This document shows, one piece after another, positions 36,447 to 50,540 of a DNA stretch of 64,000 bases (positions are counted from its first letter, which is position 1; every line of letters begins with the position of its first letter). The stretch lies in contig JAYWIR010000022.1 in assembly GCA_036172245.1 (NCBI GenBank), positions 310,001 to 374,000 of the forward strand, in the 5' to 3' direction. The notes under the pieces were generated by a model. That model was not told the origin of the DNA. It did not search any database and worked only from the letters and a program-made list of their open reading frames with translations. The position numbers and the translations under genes are program-made. Source of the stretch: Raillietiella orientalis. Lineage: Eukaryota.

Positions 36447-39400
36447 ATGGTCGTGTTCGTGTGGGGCACAATTTTGCTGTGGATCGTGCCGAGCTGCACG
36501 GAGGGTGAAGACGTGCAGCCACAGTGCGAAAAGATCGTAATCCCCATGTGTCAAGGGATGCCTTACAACATGACGAAAATGCCCAACCTAATGGGTCATC
36601 AGGACCAGTTTGAAGCAGCCAGAGAGGTAGGCCATCATTTGCATTTCCTTTCCTTTCTGTTCGTATGGTGCCAAGTGCAGCTCTTCCGACCAGATGTGAC
36701 CGCATGGGAATCATCGTCTGAATAAATTCTGTCCGTATGACCCTCTGCCCCCGTGTGATTCTGAATGCTTCCACTTTCATGCATTGCCTCTCCCTCGTGG
36801 TTCCATTTGTCTGATGCTGTCTGTATGATTGAATCCGACGAACCCACCGACGCCATGGCATCCTCATGACAGCAGTGGTAGGGTGGCATCCGGCGGAGCG
36901 TTTCACGTGGACGGGGGGCTTCCCTCAAGTCGGCCGGCAGGGGCGGTTCAGAACTCACGCCTTGAACTTCTTCTCATGTCTTCCCTTTCGATTTCCGCAA
37001 TCGCTGAGGGTTGATTCCCTCTGCGGGTGTTCCATCTCTTGGGAGACCATCTCTGCAAACATTCACAGGAGAAAGAAACATGGCCTGCCGGGTAGGGAGA
37101 CTGTCCCGATGAGACCCGTCCTGGCCCTCCGCGCCGAATCTCGGATATGACATCAACAGGTGCGCCGTCGGAGATGTCCACGAACCAGGAGGGACTGACT
37201 TCTGCCTCCAGCGTCGGAGGCCTGTCACCTAGAGCGAAAATTCCCTGCGAAGGTGTTCCGATCCCGGGAGTTCCCAGCTGCCGGAAAAGTGGTGTGCGGC
37301 GGCCTACAGAGCATGTGGATTGTTCTCAGACGCCAACCCCTCCTTTCTCCCCTCCTTCCCCGAGGCGAAGAGGGCGCGCCACGTTGTCTCCCTCTTCCGG
37401 TGAGCGGAAACTGGTTGGGCGATTCGTCCAGACAGCGAGGGAGGAAATCATTGCAACGGGTAGCTTAAAGGAAGTTGAAGGAACAGGGGAGGAAGAGTCC
37501 GTCCTGTTCTTCTCTCGACCTCTTCGCCTCGTCTCTCTGCACATCCCCGTCGTGTCACAGGAATGAACCGGGAGTCGGCATTTGCCCACTCGGAAGCAGC
37601 GCGCGCGAACCCTTCGAAAGATCCCTTCGACCATCAACCATGTAGCATTCCCTTCTTAAGCAAAGCTGTCTCTTCCCGCGGAAGCTCAAGAGGGAGCACC
37701 GATTTTCCCAGCCGTTCTCTTGATTCATCCCTTCAATGGGGGCTCCTCCATCCGTTTTCTGCCGGGATTCCTCCCTGCTGGAGAGCAGGACAAGAGTTTC
37801 CTAGTCCGTTTAGGGAGGAAGAGCAGCTTTCCGGGAAACCACTCGTCCTTGCAGCTGAGCGAGGGAATTCCCGCGCTTAAATACGGGAGAAACACCACCC
37901 GGAGGCTATCAGCTCGTGATCCTGGGATCTTTGGCAACCACGTACATTTCCGGGAAACTTTGCAGGAAATACGAGCTTTTCCAGGACGGCTGCGTGCTGC
38001 TTTGACCCCTTTCCTCGGGAAGGTCGTGGAAGAGCGCCCTCTCTGTCCTTTCAGGATCGGCCTTCTTGAGTTAGCTCTGACAATGGGCCTCATGGGTTGG
38101 GCGAAGCAAAGGTCAGCAACAAACCCGAGCAACGGGACAGGACCGAAGGTGGGGCATCCCCCTTGAGTCACGGTCCTGAGAACATTCGTCTGGTCACAAA
38201 GAGGTTTTCAAGTGGAACTTCGACCATGAGGCAGACAACCTCCTTCACGGATATGCCTGGTTCTAAAGGATTCCTCTTGCAATGTCAGCTGCATTTCCCG
38301 CCAACGGAGGACGGGGAGAGGGGGAGAGAAGGTTGATGATTTCACTGAGTTCCTGCCAATTGGGACCGCATTACTTCACTATCTTCCCATTGTACTCAGA
38401 TCCCTTCCATCGATCCAAGAGGATTTTCATTCCCTTCTGTTCTCCCGTTCCTGAATCTTGATCGAAGGGAAGCTTACCAGTCACTGCAACGCGGAGCATG
38501 TGGTTCCGTGTCCTTCTCCGTAACGCTGGCGACACTCTTTTAATTGCTGCCAGGAAGAGAAGTGGGATGTCAGCTATGCAGCTGTCTTGCTGACGGCGAG
38601 AACCTCTGTCGATCCGGGTGCTGCCTAGGGCGAGAGACAGCACAGCGAATGCACGTGGCAGCATCCTTTCCGCACAAGGCGTAACGATCTCTCCGATCGC
38701 GCAGCCCATCGTTGGTCCATTTGTGATACAGTTATTCCCTTGCATCGCCCGAGCTGGAAAAGGAAAGGAAGCCTTGCTGCTTCGTCATCTTTCATACAGC
38801 ATCATTATCACGAATCCGAAACATGACGGGGCTGCTCGCACTCAGAAGGTGTGCTGGCAATGAGAAGCAGGAGCGGACCCAGCACTCTCATTGCCAAAGA
38901 TTAAAGTTACACAGTGTTGTCGGTCTTAGGGGTCAGGTGCGTGCGTGAGCCGGTGCATATTTTTGTCCCTGTGCTCATCCGGGACGGCGGCGAGGATATC
39001 GGCAGGCTGGACTGACCGCTACTCAGAAGGGAGCTCTTGTGCGACCTTCTGGTGTAAGGCGGTAGCCTTACTTATTCGTTTCGCTTTCTGTTTTTGAGAA
39101 ATGGAAAACGAAACAAATTCCCTCTCCAAGGAAGGAAATTCTTCACCTTGAGGACGGTTGATTTGTTACCGCACGAAACGGTTTGGTACGGGTCGTGTTC
39201 GAGAGCAGAGCAGCCCTCTTTCTTCTCCATTACTCCCTTAGTGTTTCTCCATCCTGCGAGTGTACTTATCGCCAGTGCATTGCAGTTTCGGGTTTCTGCG
39301 AGTTTCCCATCCTGTAGGCTCGTCACCTGGCGATCGTTCGAGTGTTTCCAAGGAGATGGATGGTACATGTTTGGTGCGTGCATGCGTGTCTTCACGCACG

Positions 39401-41632
39401 TACACCATCCTGAGGCGTTCGCGTGCTCACTTGTTCTCTCAAGCGAAGAGTAAATTCTGTAAGCACGCTAGCTGACGTAGGCGCCAGCGGGCAAGAAATG
39501 ATTGCGCGAAGGAAAGCGAAAGTGGAACGCGATGCCATGCACGACCCGGCGTTAACTCTGGAGAAGCAACGCTTCGAACGCTCGTTGGACGAGGCGACGA
39601 TGGCGATAGCGCATCCTCTTCCTCCAGTGGGTCAGGTTGCCAAGAGCGAAGCGGGATGAGCTCGTGCTTCCCCGTCCTCGCGAGGGTGGGCTAGGAGGAG
39701 AAGGGGCGAAAGTTTTTTCTCACCCTCTCTTTGTTCTAGATCCAGGAGTTCGCGCCCCTCATCCAGGCAGAATGCAGCGAACACGCGCGGTTCCTCCTGT
39801 GCTCTCTGCACGCGCCCATGTGCTCGGAGCAGATCGATGTCCCCATCCCTTCCTGCCGCAGCGTCTGTGAAGGGGTGAGGGAGAGCTGTGCCCCCTTGAT
39901 GAGGACGTTCCGCTTCCCTTGGCCCGTGATGCTCAACTGCTCCCGCCTCCCCGCTGCCAGGAACGGTCTGTGTATGGTGCTACCCCCCCCTGCTTTCTCG
40001 GAAAGAATGCGGGAAGGCGCAGAAGAGCATCCTCTTCTTCCCCCACCTCCTCCTCCCCCTCCATCTTCCGAGAAGACGGTGGAGACGATTCCCCTTCCCT
40101 CCCGAGACCTTTCCAAAGGTCTTTCCCCACAAGCCGGTGCGGAATCCTGCCCGGACGCCTCCGTCCAGGAGCGTTCGGCAAGTGGCCGACGAACTGATGA
40201 TCCTCCGCACCTCTATAGTGATGATGAGCGGTCCTTTGCCCGGCTCTGGACGGCCCTGTGGTCCGGATTGTGCTTCCTGTCCACGTCCTGCACTGTTCTG
40301 ACGTGCCTCATCGACGGCTCCCGCTTCCGGTATCCGGAGAGACCCATCGTATTCCTGTCCGCGAGCCACGGAGCCTGCTCTCTGAGCTACCTGATCCGCG
40401 CCCTCGTCGGAGACGCACGCCACTCCTATGTTCATCCCTGCGAGTCCTCCCAGCCGACCGCTGTGGAAAGCGACCTACTCCTTCCTGACGGCCTCAGCGG
40501 TCCCTGGTGCGTCGCTGCGTTCTTCCTCCTCCACTACTTTGGAAATGCATCTCATGTCTGGTGAGCAGCGCACCATGCGCGCCCGGGACGGTGGTCGAAT
40601 GGGAGCAGGGGAAGAGTTCGTTCCTGCCCTATTCCTCCCATCCTTCCCTGCCCCCATTCCATCCTCAGTGTAGGAAGATGCGGAGGAGAGTGATAACCTC
40701 ACTGTGCTCGCTCGTGCCCGTCCTTCCTCCTCCGTTCCTTCCTCAGACGGATTGGATGTGTGACAAAGAGGGGTGGGAGAGGCCTTCGGGGTATCCCCGA
40801 GAGAGTCAGCCATCCTTATCCTTCGTTCCCTCTCCAGCTCTCCTCCCTCCCCAGGTGGATCGTCCTTTGCATCGCGTGGTACCTCAGCGCCAGCCGCAAG
40901 TGGTCCAACGAAGCCATAGAGACCGTCTCCGCCTACTTCCACGCCGCTGCCTGGATCCTGCCAGCGGCGCTCACCTCCATAGCCTTTCTCTCGCGTCGGG
41001 CTGCTCACTCCTTTCCTCCCGAGACGCAGCAAGATCTCCTCTCCCCGTGCCCACTAGGACCCTCAGACTCGGGGTTCCTGTTAGGACTGGTGGTCGCTCC
41101 CCTGGCCACTTTCTTCGTCGCAGGCTTGGCGTTTGCTGTAGCAGGGCACCTGTCTCTAGTGCGCATCCGGGCCGTGGTAAAGGCCGGTGGCGGGGATGTC
41201 GGCAGGTTGGACCGGTTCCTGCTCAGGCGGGGACTATTCTGCTGTCTGTATATGACCTCCGCAGTGCTGGTGCTAGGCTGTCACGCGTATGAGTTCCTTG
41301 GGGGCACCAGCGCAGGCCTTGTTCCTTCGGAAGTCATTTTGCTGAAAGTCTTCATGTCCCTCGCCATGGGAACGGCTTCCGCAGCGTGGATCGTTTCTGG
41401 GAAGACCTGTAGGTCGTGGGTGGCCTTTTGGTCGGCTATATGGAAGGCGGGAGGACGGAGGAAGAGGAGGAAAGAGGAAGAGGAGAAGAAGATTCCCGGA
41501 GGCTCTGCGTACCGTCACGTACCTGGAGGAAGAAGAGTCCCCTGGCCCGGTCGGCCCGCTGCCTTCCACCACCATCACCACCACCACCACCACCATCGGC
41601 AGGGGATGCGAGGAGAAGGAACGAAAGTTTGA
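36447..41632 (+). CDS. fzd9/10: Frizzled receptor, FZD9/10-like, about 592 aa, three coding exons
   Basis: Exons 36447-36626, 39740-40560 and 40855-41632 (GT-AG, phases 0 and 2). Signal peptide; cysteine-rich domain CEKIVIPMCQGMPYNMTKMPNLMGHQDQ..EFAPLI..CS.H.RFLLCSLHAPMC; RFRYPERPIVFLS; WW..L...W...A..KW..EAI; KTxxxW (KTCRSW); C-terminal TKV PDZ ligand. Subfamily call is by recalled CRD similarity. Confidence 0.95.
37750..38300 (-). mobile_element. Possible degenerate RT fragment inside frizzled intron 1
   Basis: TQGGCPTFGPVPLL resembles QGCPLSPLLF; otherwise heavily decayed. Confidence 0.35.
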
Positions 41633-42056
41633 TGACTTGGAGCCTTTGGCAAAGCTGTGGAGCCTCCAGAGGGAGGTCACTGCTGTCCGGGAAGATGTTT
41701 GACGGGACTCTCCCGAGCACAGAAGGGAAATGAAGCAGGGGCAAAAGAAAAGTGAAGGAGCCTCTTGCCCATGTCCCTGTTTCGTGACCACTTGGCAAGC
41801 AGCGGTCCCCTTGGCTGTTGTGTCTTCCTTTTTTTCCACGCGCCACCTGTTCCGTGGTCGGCGTCATGGAAACGGCGAGCACGCCCTTTTCCGTCGCCCC
41901 TCCATGCGAGCGCAGTGCCCGTGAGGAGGACGTGGCTAGCTATCCATTCCAGCTTGCTACGGGTAATCACGGTGCACCTCCTCCTAGTGCTTGCGCATCT
42001 GACGGCGACTGAGGCGGAGGGGGGAGAGCGCAGCGAAGAGAGCGCCCTAGACGAGC

Positions 42057-42062
42057 AATAAA
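42057..42062 (+). promoter_or_regulatory. Candidate polyadenylation signal of the frizzled gene
   Basis: AATAAA about 425 nt after the stop codon, followed by a T/GT-rich tract. Confidence 0.6.
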
Positions 42063-45000
42063 AACAGCTTCGTATTGTCTTCGTTTTCTTTTTCGTTCAT
42101 TATGTCCCCCCCCCCTCCTTCCTTTAAAGTGCTCAGGCGCACGTTCAAAAAAAAAAAAAAATGAGCGCGCCTCCCTCTCCCGAGTGCTCCATAGACGCAC
42201 GCATCGTCGGGCATCTCGTCGTCCACAGAATACTCGCGCGAAGGTTCCAGCGTGCGTCAGTTGTGCAGGTGGTCTTCATTGTGCTGGGTGCACCCCGAGC
42301 ACGCATTGGCATTCGTGGCCCCTGCCCTCCCTCAGCGCTGCAGCTCCCGTCGACAAATGTTCGAGATACAGGGATTTCTGGAGGATGGAAAACCTGCGAG
42401 CGGTAGCGATTGCCAAGTCGGAGAAGCAGAGCGATTACCCCTGCAACACGAAACCGGGGAAGGATGGATGGGAGGAGATCGAAATTCCCCTTTCGGACCC
42501 ACTCCTCATTTGCTTCCCGTTCCTTCACAGTCGCCTTCTGAGCCCCGCGTGACCCCACCCTCGCAGTCGCCGGCAGGCGTTCCTCCATTCTCGAGATGGC
42601 CGAGAGAGAGCGGGAAGGCGGCGGCCGAGCTGCCGTCCTGCTCGCAGTCACGCCGCCGCCTCGCCGTCCTCGGCGGGTCGTGCGCCCTTTCATTAAGGGC
42701 AGTCCCTCTGCGGGGAGAGGGCGGGCGTTGCCGCCTCCGGGAGCCTGGGAAGCGAGATCTCCCGAACCCCGTCACTGAGGAATGCGCACGTCCCTCCTTC
42801 TCCCTTTGTCCTCCTCCTCCTCCTCCTCCTCCTCTAGCGAAGCTTCCTGACCACCGAGGTGCCACTCGAGGTGCCGAGCGAGCGAAGGGAACCACGCGAG
42901 CCGTTTCGCCTTCGCACCTGCATCTCCCGCAGGAGTCCGCACTGAAGGAGAGGGCGGGAAGGATCGCATTGGGGATCCTTGCCGACGCGGCCGAAAAGAG
43001 TCTGCTCTGGAGGCGTATCCCTTCCAAGGGCATTACTATGAGGAGCATCGGGGAAGGGAGGGACAGTCAGGGAGGCAGAGTTGTGCCGCCCCGACTCGCC
43101 CGAGGATGAAAGCAGAAGTGGCTCGTTGGAAACTTCTCAGACTGCGCCTCTGCCAGACTCTTGTCGTAGGCTCCTTCGCTTGGCTTTTGGATCTGGGCGC
43201 GTTCGCACGATAGGTAAGCGCGGTACATCAGCCCTACGCGGAGCGAGGTAGGGACGCCCGGAGAAGCGCGCCCAACATCAGCCGCACACGCGCGCTGAAT
43301 GCAAGAAACTGGCCGAAGAGAAGCCCGGGAGAATGGTCTTTTCGAGGATGGCCCTCACGAGAGGGGTATGTGGGGCGAGAGGTGAGAGAATGCGGCGGCG
43401 GCAGAAGAGACCCTTCCTAAGAATGCAATCACGGCGGCGCACATGCGGGGGTGGTTAGTTGAGGGTGTGCGAAGCTGCAAACAAGGGGGGATCCGGTTTC
43501 ACTTTCGTTCGCAGCCGCCTGCGCGAAGGACCCGTGAAGGAGACGCCGGAGACCCTCCCCTGGAGCGCATCTGTGGCTGCCGCAGTAGAGAGACACCTCT
43601 GCCCTGCTACCCTTCCCTGTCGCGCGAGTGGAAGCGAGGGGTGGCATCTCTCGAATGGGATTGAATCCGATGGCCCAGTGGCCTTTGTGCGTGCGCTAAC
43701 GACGCTCCGTGCGTACACGCGTACGTGCACACCTGTGAGCATGATGCCTGCGCACACCCGCGTACGTACTCCACTGTGGTCACATACTGGTACTCTTCGT
43801 GCACGCAAACGGTCGGCAGGTTTCCATGGTGCCGGTGCTGTTCGTGCGCATCGCATTCCGTGAACGCGTTCCCCACACTGCGAGTCGTGCACGTGTACAG
43901 AGCAAAGGCGCGCCCACGTGGGCGCAGGAAGACCTGACCCTGGGAAAAGGAAATGTGCGCGAACACGAAATTTCTTGAAAGAGCGCCCGAAAGTGCCTCC
44001 GCCAGTGGTGAAGCGAGCGATCAATGAAAATTGATGATCGGAAAGTGACGGGCGTTGGATTCCACACTTGGGTTTCCGGGCTTCTCCGTCTTTGTCGGCG
44101 TCAGACAAACCCTTCGTCCTTCGGAAACGCGAGCGACTTCTCGCGCCCAATTCCATCGACAGTCTCGCGCAATAGGTTGTGGAGGAATTTTATTTTAGTC
44201 TTCGTTCTTTTCCTTTCTTTCCTCTCTTTTCCTTTTTTTTATTTTTTTTATTTTTTTGCTTTGCGTTTTTGGTACGCACCGGAGAAGTCAAAGGACAAAA
44301 ACCCGAGCATCGACTCTGCAGAGCACGAATTTATGATCTCCAGATGCGAGGAATTCCCCGAAAGATGTTGCTGCGCAAGAATGATTGTCTAAGTTAATTT
44401 GCTGATTGCCCTCGCATTTTGACGCCACCCGTCTTTCTGATCTTTGCCGCTTGGAACCGTTGCTAGGCTTCCGAGAACCGTTTCGCGACTTTTACGACCA
44501 GCGTGTGTTGCAACCCTCGCCGGGGAAAACCGACTTTACGGTACACCGACTCCTATTCAAATTAAAGGGAACCCACTTGCACGTTAGGAATCCAGATCCG
44601 TAACACTGCTCTCAGGAGGACTCGGGAGATGTGGGTTTCCGAACACTTCCGATGTTCCCGTGGCTCGGAGGAGCGAAGTTCGCGTTTCCGCTCACACTTT
44701 CCTCTCGAAGATCTCTTTTTTTCTCTCCTTTCTCTTCTTCCTGCATGCGTGCGTTGGGATACGCTCTGCATGGCGAAAGCGGCTCGGAGGAGGCACTCTG
44801 CAGCCTCTTCGAAAAACGGGTTTGCTGAGGATGCTCGAAAACATTCGCCCCACATGGGGAAGGATGCGGCGCGCCAACAATGGAGCACACGCCGTCCGCA
44901 GCAGTCTATTAATAGCTCCCGCATTCCGGATCCTGCGTAACAATGGATCCTGCACCTGCGCGTAACAATGGATTCGCGGTTTATAAATAGCCGCGGCGTG

Positions 45001-45899
45001 CGGGCAACAATGCTCGAAGCCCTTGCCGCATCCCAGGCTCAAGCGGCTCGAATTCATTAGCTCTCTTCCACGGGCAATTAGCTGCTTAACGACGCCAAAT
45101 TTCGGCAATAATTTCCTGTGAGCGAGCGAACGGGGGAGGAATCTTGAACAAAAGTGAGCTGTTTGCGTGTGAGGATGAGCACGATCGGGGAGGAAGCAGC
45201 CTCGGGGATGAGACGAGGCAAAAAGAACTTTCCTCTTTCGGTCTCTGGGCGGAAAGCTCAAAAGGAAAGTCCTCTCTTTCCCACAGATGATCTTCTCCCA
45301 GAAACAACGGGAGGAAATAGGTTAATGTTTCACGCCTCTTCGTAGGCGATTGTAAAAAAAAAAAAAAAACCTTTTACTGATAATAAGATGCTAACCCGTC
45401 TGCGACGCCATACCCTTCCTTTTCACATTTGCTTTGAATCCATTTTTAGATGCATTCCAGCTGGATGCAAAGGCGACTTCCTTGGGAAAGGGTCCGAGTG
45501 TTAGCCATGCTTTTTAAACAAAACAAAAAAAAAATGCATTTCACCCAACTGCAACTCACTGAGATGGTCTGCTAGTTCTTTTGAAGATTGAGGTACACGA
45601 AGCTTAACAAGAGGAGCTCTGTAACTAGCTTGGGATTTCCCTGCTTTCGATGTTTCTTTTTTTGCTGCGCCCGCTCGGGGATCAGCTTTCGCGGATGAAA
45701 GCTGCTTCCTTCCGAGAATTTCGTTCAATTATCACTGGAAGCTTTCCGGGGCGATGCCTAAACGAAGGGCAGGTTGCGTGATTGCGCGGTCTCAAACATT
45801 ATGGTGGAAATGTGCCCACGATGGCAACAAAGCTTAGAGCAGTGCGTAGCGGGGGCAAGCCCTACTGCGAGTCAGCAGTTGATGCTAAACTGAGGCTCA

Positions 45900-47300
45900 A
45901 GGCAGATGCGGTCTTCCCCCTCGCCATCCTGCAGTGGAGGCCCTGGAAAAGACAAGCTGCATCATATTGGGCTGGTGGGACAATCAACTCGGAGATCACC
46001 TCCTCCCACCCTCGTACGTGCCCGTAATTGGTACTGAAGTCTCCCACGGCGATCGAGGTGATGCTTGGGTGGTGCCCTGGACCATCGCCACCTGTTTCGC
46101 GTCGTTCCTGCAGTCAAATCCTAGCAACGGGGAACCCGCGACAAGGATCTGCCGTTCGCCTATGCCTCCTCGGCCGATGCCTGCGCAGCTGGCGGAGGAC
46201 TTGGCAGTCCGTGGGGACTCGTCGACTCTCAGCGATCAGACAGTTCTAAACACCCTGGTGATAGTCTTGTCGCCTCGGATCCCAACTGACATTCTGCCGC
46301 ACACGCCGGATGCTTTCCTTTCACCGGTGGCTGAGATCCTGCCAGATGATTCCTGAAATCCCTTCGACTTCTAGGGGAGGCAGCTCCCACCGAGAAATTC
46401 ATCTTTCCCGTTCGCTGGAAACTCCCAAGCTACGCGGAGGGTGGTCAAGGTCCCTCCGATCCGAAGACAGAGGGAAGCTGCAGCTCCATCAGAAAACGAA
46501 CGAGCGTGTCCCGGAACGAGGGCCGTCGTGACCCAGCCGCGCTGCCCTGGGGGCGGTTTTCACTGCCCGCTCTCTCGCGCGCAGACGAGTCGCAGCCCGC
46601 GAGTGGCAGTTCTGGGCGTCGCCTTGGCGAGCGGCTCCTCGGTCTTCCGGCCGAGATCGAGGCAGAGCAGCTCCCGCGCGGTCTCCCTGGTGGTCGCCGC
46701 CGAGCAACGCGGCTGGGAAGAGGGACCGATGCGGATGGCGAGCCGCTTGCCTCCGTCCTTGGCAGACGACTCATTCCCCGGGAACCCGGGAGCTTTCGTT
46801 CGTTCAGAGGCGACCGCCGCGGAGGCGGAGAGGCGGGAGAGCCGCAGAAGGAAGGAAAGGGGCGGGGCCTGGATCCAGGGGGGCGCGGTTCTTCGGAGCC
46901 ACGTTCTCTTCTCCGACCTCTGGCGGCACCGCCACCCTGAAAGACCCGGCGTCCCCGAAGAGGCAGACTCGGGAGCGTGCGGGAGACCCGAAGCGCCTCG
47001 TTCCAGGACGTGGAGGTCGGAGGCGCCCCTGCCCTTCGGCTCTCCGCTTTCCTTTCGACCCCTCCGCCACCCTCGGGAGTGCGCGGAGGGGTCGAGGAGC
47101 GGGCAGACCCCCTGCGAAGGAACGCCCGAGGCCACGAGCGCCGAACGGAAGAGAGCACCGGAAGAGGTACCAGCCGCCCAGGCGGGTGCGCGCCTCCCCT
47201 CCCTCCACCCTTCTCCTCGATCCGCCCTCTCGTCGAGCAGGAGATTCCTCCCTCAAGAAGGGTGGGGAGCGTTTCCGGTCCCGACCTTAAGAGGGGTCCG
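45900..47300 (+). mobile_element. Decayed Tx1-like ORF2 fragments (probably two adjacent copies)
   Basis: EKTSCIILGWW (NxxKS..LGxW), TVLNTLVI....ILPHTP and GAVL...LFSDLW resemble Tx1 RT-end and post-RT motifs. Confidence 0.5.
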
Positions 47301-50300
47301 TCCCTCTGGGAACGGGAATGAGTTCGGGGACCCTCTCCACGACCACGTGCCGCGGTTCGTGCAGGACGGGGAGCAGTACTCGCCACCCATCACAGGCGCC
47401 GGAGCGGTGGGGCTGCTTCCCTTCCTCCCTCACAGCGAGCGGCGCGAGTGTCCTCTCCCCAGCGTCATCTATGAAGCGGCAGTCGCACTCGTGCGCGAAG
47501 GATGGCGGATCCTTCGCGCACGAGCGCGCCCGCCCCCGTCCGCATGGCTCCTCCTCAGGGTCTCCCGGTCGCCGAGGCCACTTTCCGGTGAGTGAGAAAC
47601 GCTTGAGCCCTGGAGGCAGAGGCACCGCCCCCGCGGGCAGGGAAGCGACCCAACCTGGGCGGTCCTTCGCAACCACCACTCCTCCTGCTCCTGCCGTAGC
47701 CTCTGGGAAGGAGGAGAGGTGGTGGTTGAAGGAGGGCAGGGCATCTCTGCCATCCACCGCTCCCGTCACCCTGATCGAAACCCTCAGGTCCGTTCAGGCG
47801 AGAATCCGCAACCCCGCAGGAGCCGAGGAAGCCGCAGGGTTCGCTTCGGGATCTTCAGCTTGATCCGAAGCCGACTCCGCTCCAGGACGGCCTCTCCCGA
47901 CTGCCCGAGCTCCCGCAGGAAGCCCCTTATGAAGGAAAAGGGTCCTCCCCCTACCCCTTTAGCCCGGAGGGACGAGCGCGTCTCCCGGGAAACGCGCCTC
48001 CTGTGGAGGCGATCGTCCCGCGCGGGTGCCCGCGAGGCGATCCACTATCCGGCAGCCCCGGGTTCCTCCTCGACCTTCTCGGGCGAGGCTCTTCCTCTTC
48101 CCCTCCCCTCCTTCTCCTGCGCTCCCTCTGGCAGGTGGGAGAAGGGATCGGGGCGCGCGAGTACCCTCGGCAGCCTGCGAATCGCGTGGCGCCCCCTGCC
48201 TACAGCCCTTCTGACACGCCGCGAGGGATGGCTTCGCCACCGCGCCTGAGCCTCAGGGCGTGAACTCGACGCGGTCTTCTGTGGGGAAGCGAAACCTCGG
48301 CAAGGGCGAGCGGTCGGGCCGCCTCCCTCGCTGCGACTTCGGCTGGTCGACTGAGGAGGACCCTCGAAAGGGCGCCTCAGGAGTCCGTCTTCTCCTCGGG
48401 GGCGAGATGCCCTCAGAGCGGAAAGTCCGAACCCTCCCGTGCGCTCTCAGATCGCCTTCCTTCGCCGCCGCCGTGGAGACACGTCACGCTATCCCGGGGC
48501 GCTTCCTGAGGGAGGCGTAGGCCAAGCCGCGGAAGTCCGCCTTCAGAGGACTTCGTTCCAGGGATCCACTAGGCCCCGCTCGCCAGGTCAGGAGGCACGC
48601 CGGCAGAGGCTCGGCATCCAGAGGGCTCCTGCCGCCGCCTTTCCGCCCGAACACTTCGCGGTCCGAACGCGAGGCGGCACTGGCGGGCGGCCGGCGAGAG
48701 CGCCTCCAGCAGGTCAGTTCCGCTCCGATCCGCCTCTCGGGACCGGCGCTGCGAGGTGAGCCGAACGACAGCCGCGGCCTCGCAAACACGCGGTGCTCGA
48801 CGAGCCCCACGCGAGGCGGCGGTCGCCACGGGCAGCGGGCCGGCAGCATCCGCTGAGGAGCGACGTCGTCGACGGCCCGCTCCTGACGACGGAGTGGCCT
48901 GCCGTTCCCGCCTTTCAGGAGGGCGCGTCCCGCGGGAGCAGGAGAGGAGGGGAGGAAAGGGGCCCGCGAGGCGCTGGAGGGTTTGAGGGCATCGGCGCAG
49001 CTCTCGGTGGTGGTGGCCAGCGAGCGAACCCTTTTTTTTTGTAAACACAAAAAGGAAGAGGAAAAAGATCCGAGTCCGTTCTGCTTGCAGAATTAACAAT
49101 TCTGGAAACAACAGAAGGGGTGAAATTATGCAGTGAAATCACCATTCAATGGGAACTCCCGCCATCTTGCACGTGCACCATCAACGGCCTTGGAGGACGT
49201 TTGAGGAACTTTATTCAAGGTTCGCTTGAAGACGCTGCTACAGGCGCTCACTTTGGCACCAAGGAGGTTAAAAGAGTAGCAAGACCAGTGCGAGGGCGGA
49301 AAGAAAAGAGCGAAGGCAGGAAGACCGCGATGTGCATGCGTTCAGCAGGGGTGAGATTTTGTAGCTCGGCTCCTGGACCAGCTCTTCGATTCCATCGCGG
49401 TGGCTGAAGTTTGCAGGAAGCGACTTGGAGCTTAGATTCCTCGCATTCCTCGCGTTTGCAGCGTTTCCCTGAGAGACCCGCGCTAGCTGGGCTTCGAGCG
49501 GAAATGTCTTCGCGGAAGAGCAGGCGAGAGTCCGAAACGAACGCATTCCCATCCACCATTCGAGTGGAGACGGACACAAACGAAAGAGGGGCACCAGGAG
49601 TCATCCTTGACTGACGGGATGGATGGTAGTTGCTTCTGCTCTTCCTGTGCCCAAGCTCTAAGAGCTTTGCAGGAAAATCTGGGCAGCAACAGTCGTTATC
49701 GCAATCTTCAAAAAAAAAAAAGAAACACGGAATGTTTGGAAGGTGTTTCGCAGGATTTGGGTAAAGTTTTCGATTCGGAGCCCTGCACTTCGACCACCCA
49801 GAATGAGATGCGACTCGAAAGTTTGTTTTTGCCGAGCCTCCGTTCAACTTCCTTGCCCTCTCTTGTGGCGCAAATGCACGACTTAATTTTCATAAACACA
49901 CCGATCAAAAATCATATGAATATTCTGCAGTGTGGTCACTCTTGTTCTTTTGCACATTTCACTGGAGTGATGGCAACGTTAGGAAGACTTTTGGACTCTT
50001 TGACGGCGCACTCTCTTTGGTGGAAGGTGGGCTAGAAAAGTAGGTGCGGACGCTAACGCTACACTAGGGCTGCTGATAAAGCTGGTAACTCCATGCAAAC
50101 CAATCACGCCGTAATTGAGCTTCTAACCGCAAAAATGAAAAAAAAAATTATAAAGGGAATGCAGCTTTCCATTGCGGAAATTAAAGCACACCCTACTTTG
50201 AATAAGGTCCCAGTCATATGAGCTTCCATACCGTTAGGGATGTTTTACCATCACGAAGCATTTACATGAACGCCTCCCCCACAGGATGCAGTCAGGAGCC

Positions 50301-50540
50301 TTTCTTTCTCAGATGAAAGGGAGGAAAATCTGAACCCTTCTAAAGAAGAGTTCCTACAAAGCTGAGATTTTAGTATTCCTTAGAAAGCAGTTTTCTTGAA
50401 AATTTAGAAAGGAGGTAAAAGAATGCTATCAAATATAACTATGGCTGTAAAGTCAGTATTGGACAGAGAACAGTGATTTGAAAAACGCATTTGAAAGCAT
50501 TATGTGCACCGCTAGCATAACTCTCAGAAAGGAACACTCG

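Noticed and set aside
38855..38896. 11-bp stem in frizzled intron 1 with arms resembling the 14682-14726 hairpin
   Set aside because: Too short for a pre-miRNA and near chance expectation; the arm similarity is only about 10 nt.
42250..42420. RNase H-like TFVDGSC motif on the minus strand
   Set aside because: Single short motif with no supporting downstream catalytic residues.
46441..47595. Overlapping 384-aa and 313-aa ORFs
   Set aside because: Expected in very GC-rich sequence; only scattered Tx1-like motif remnants and no coherent protein.
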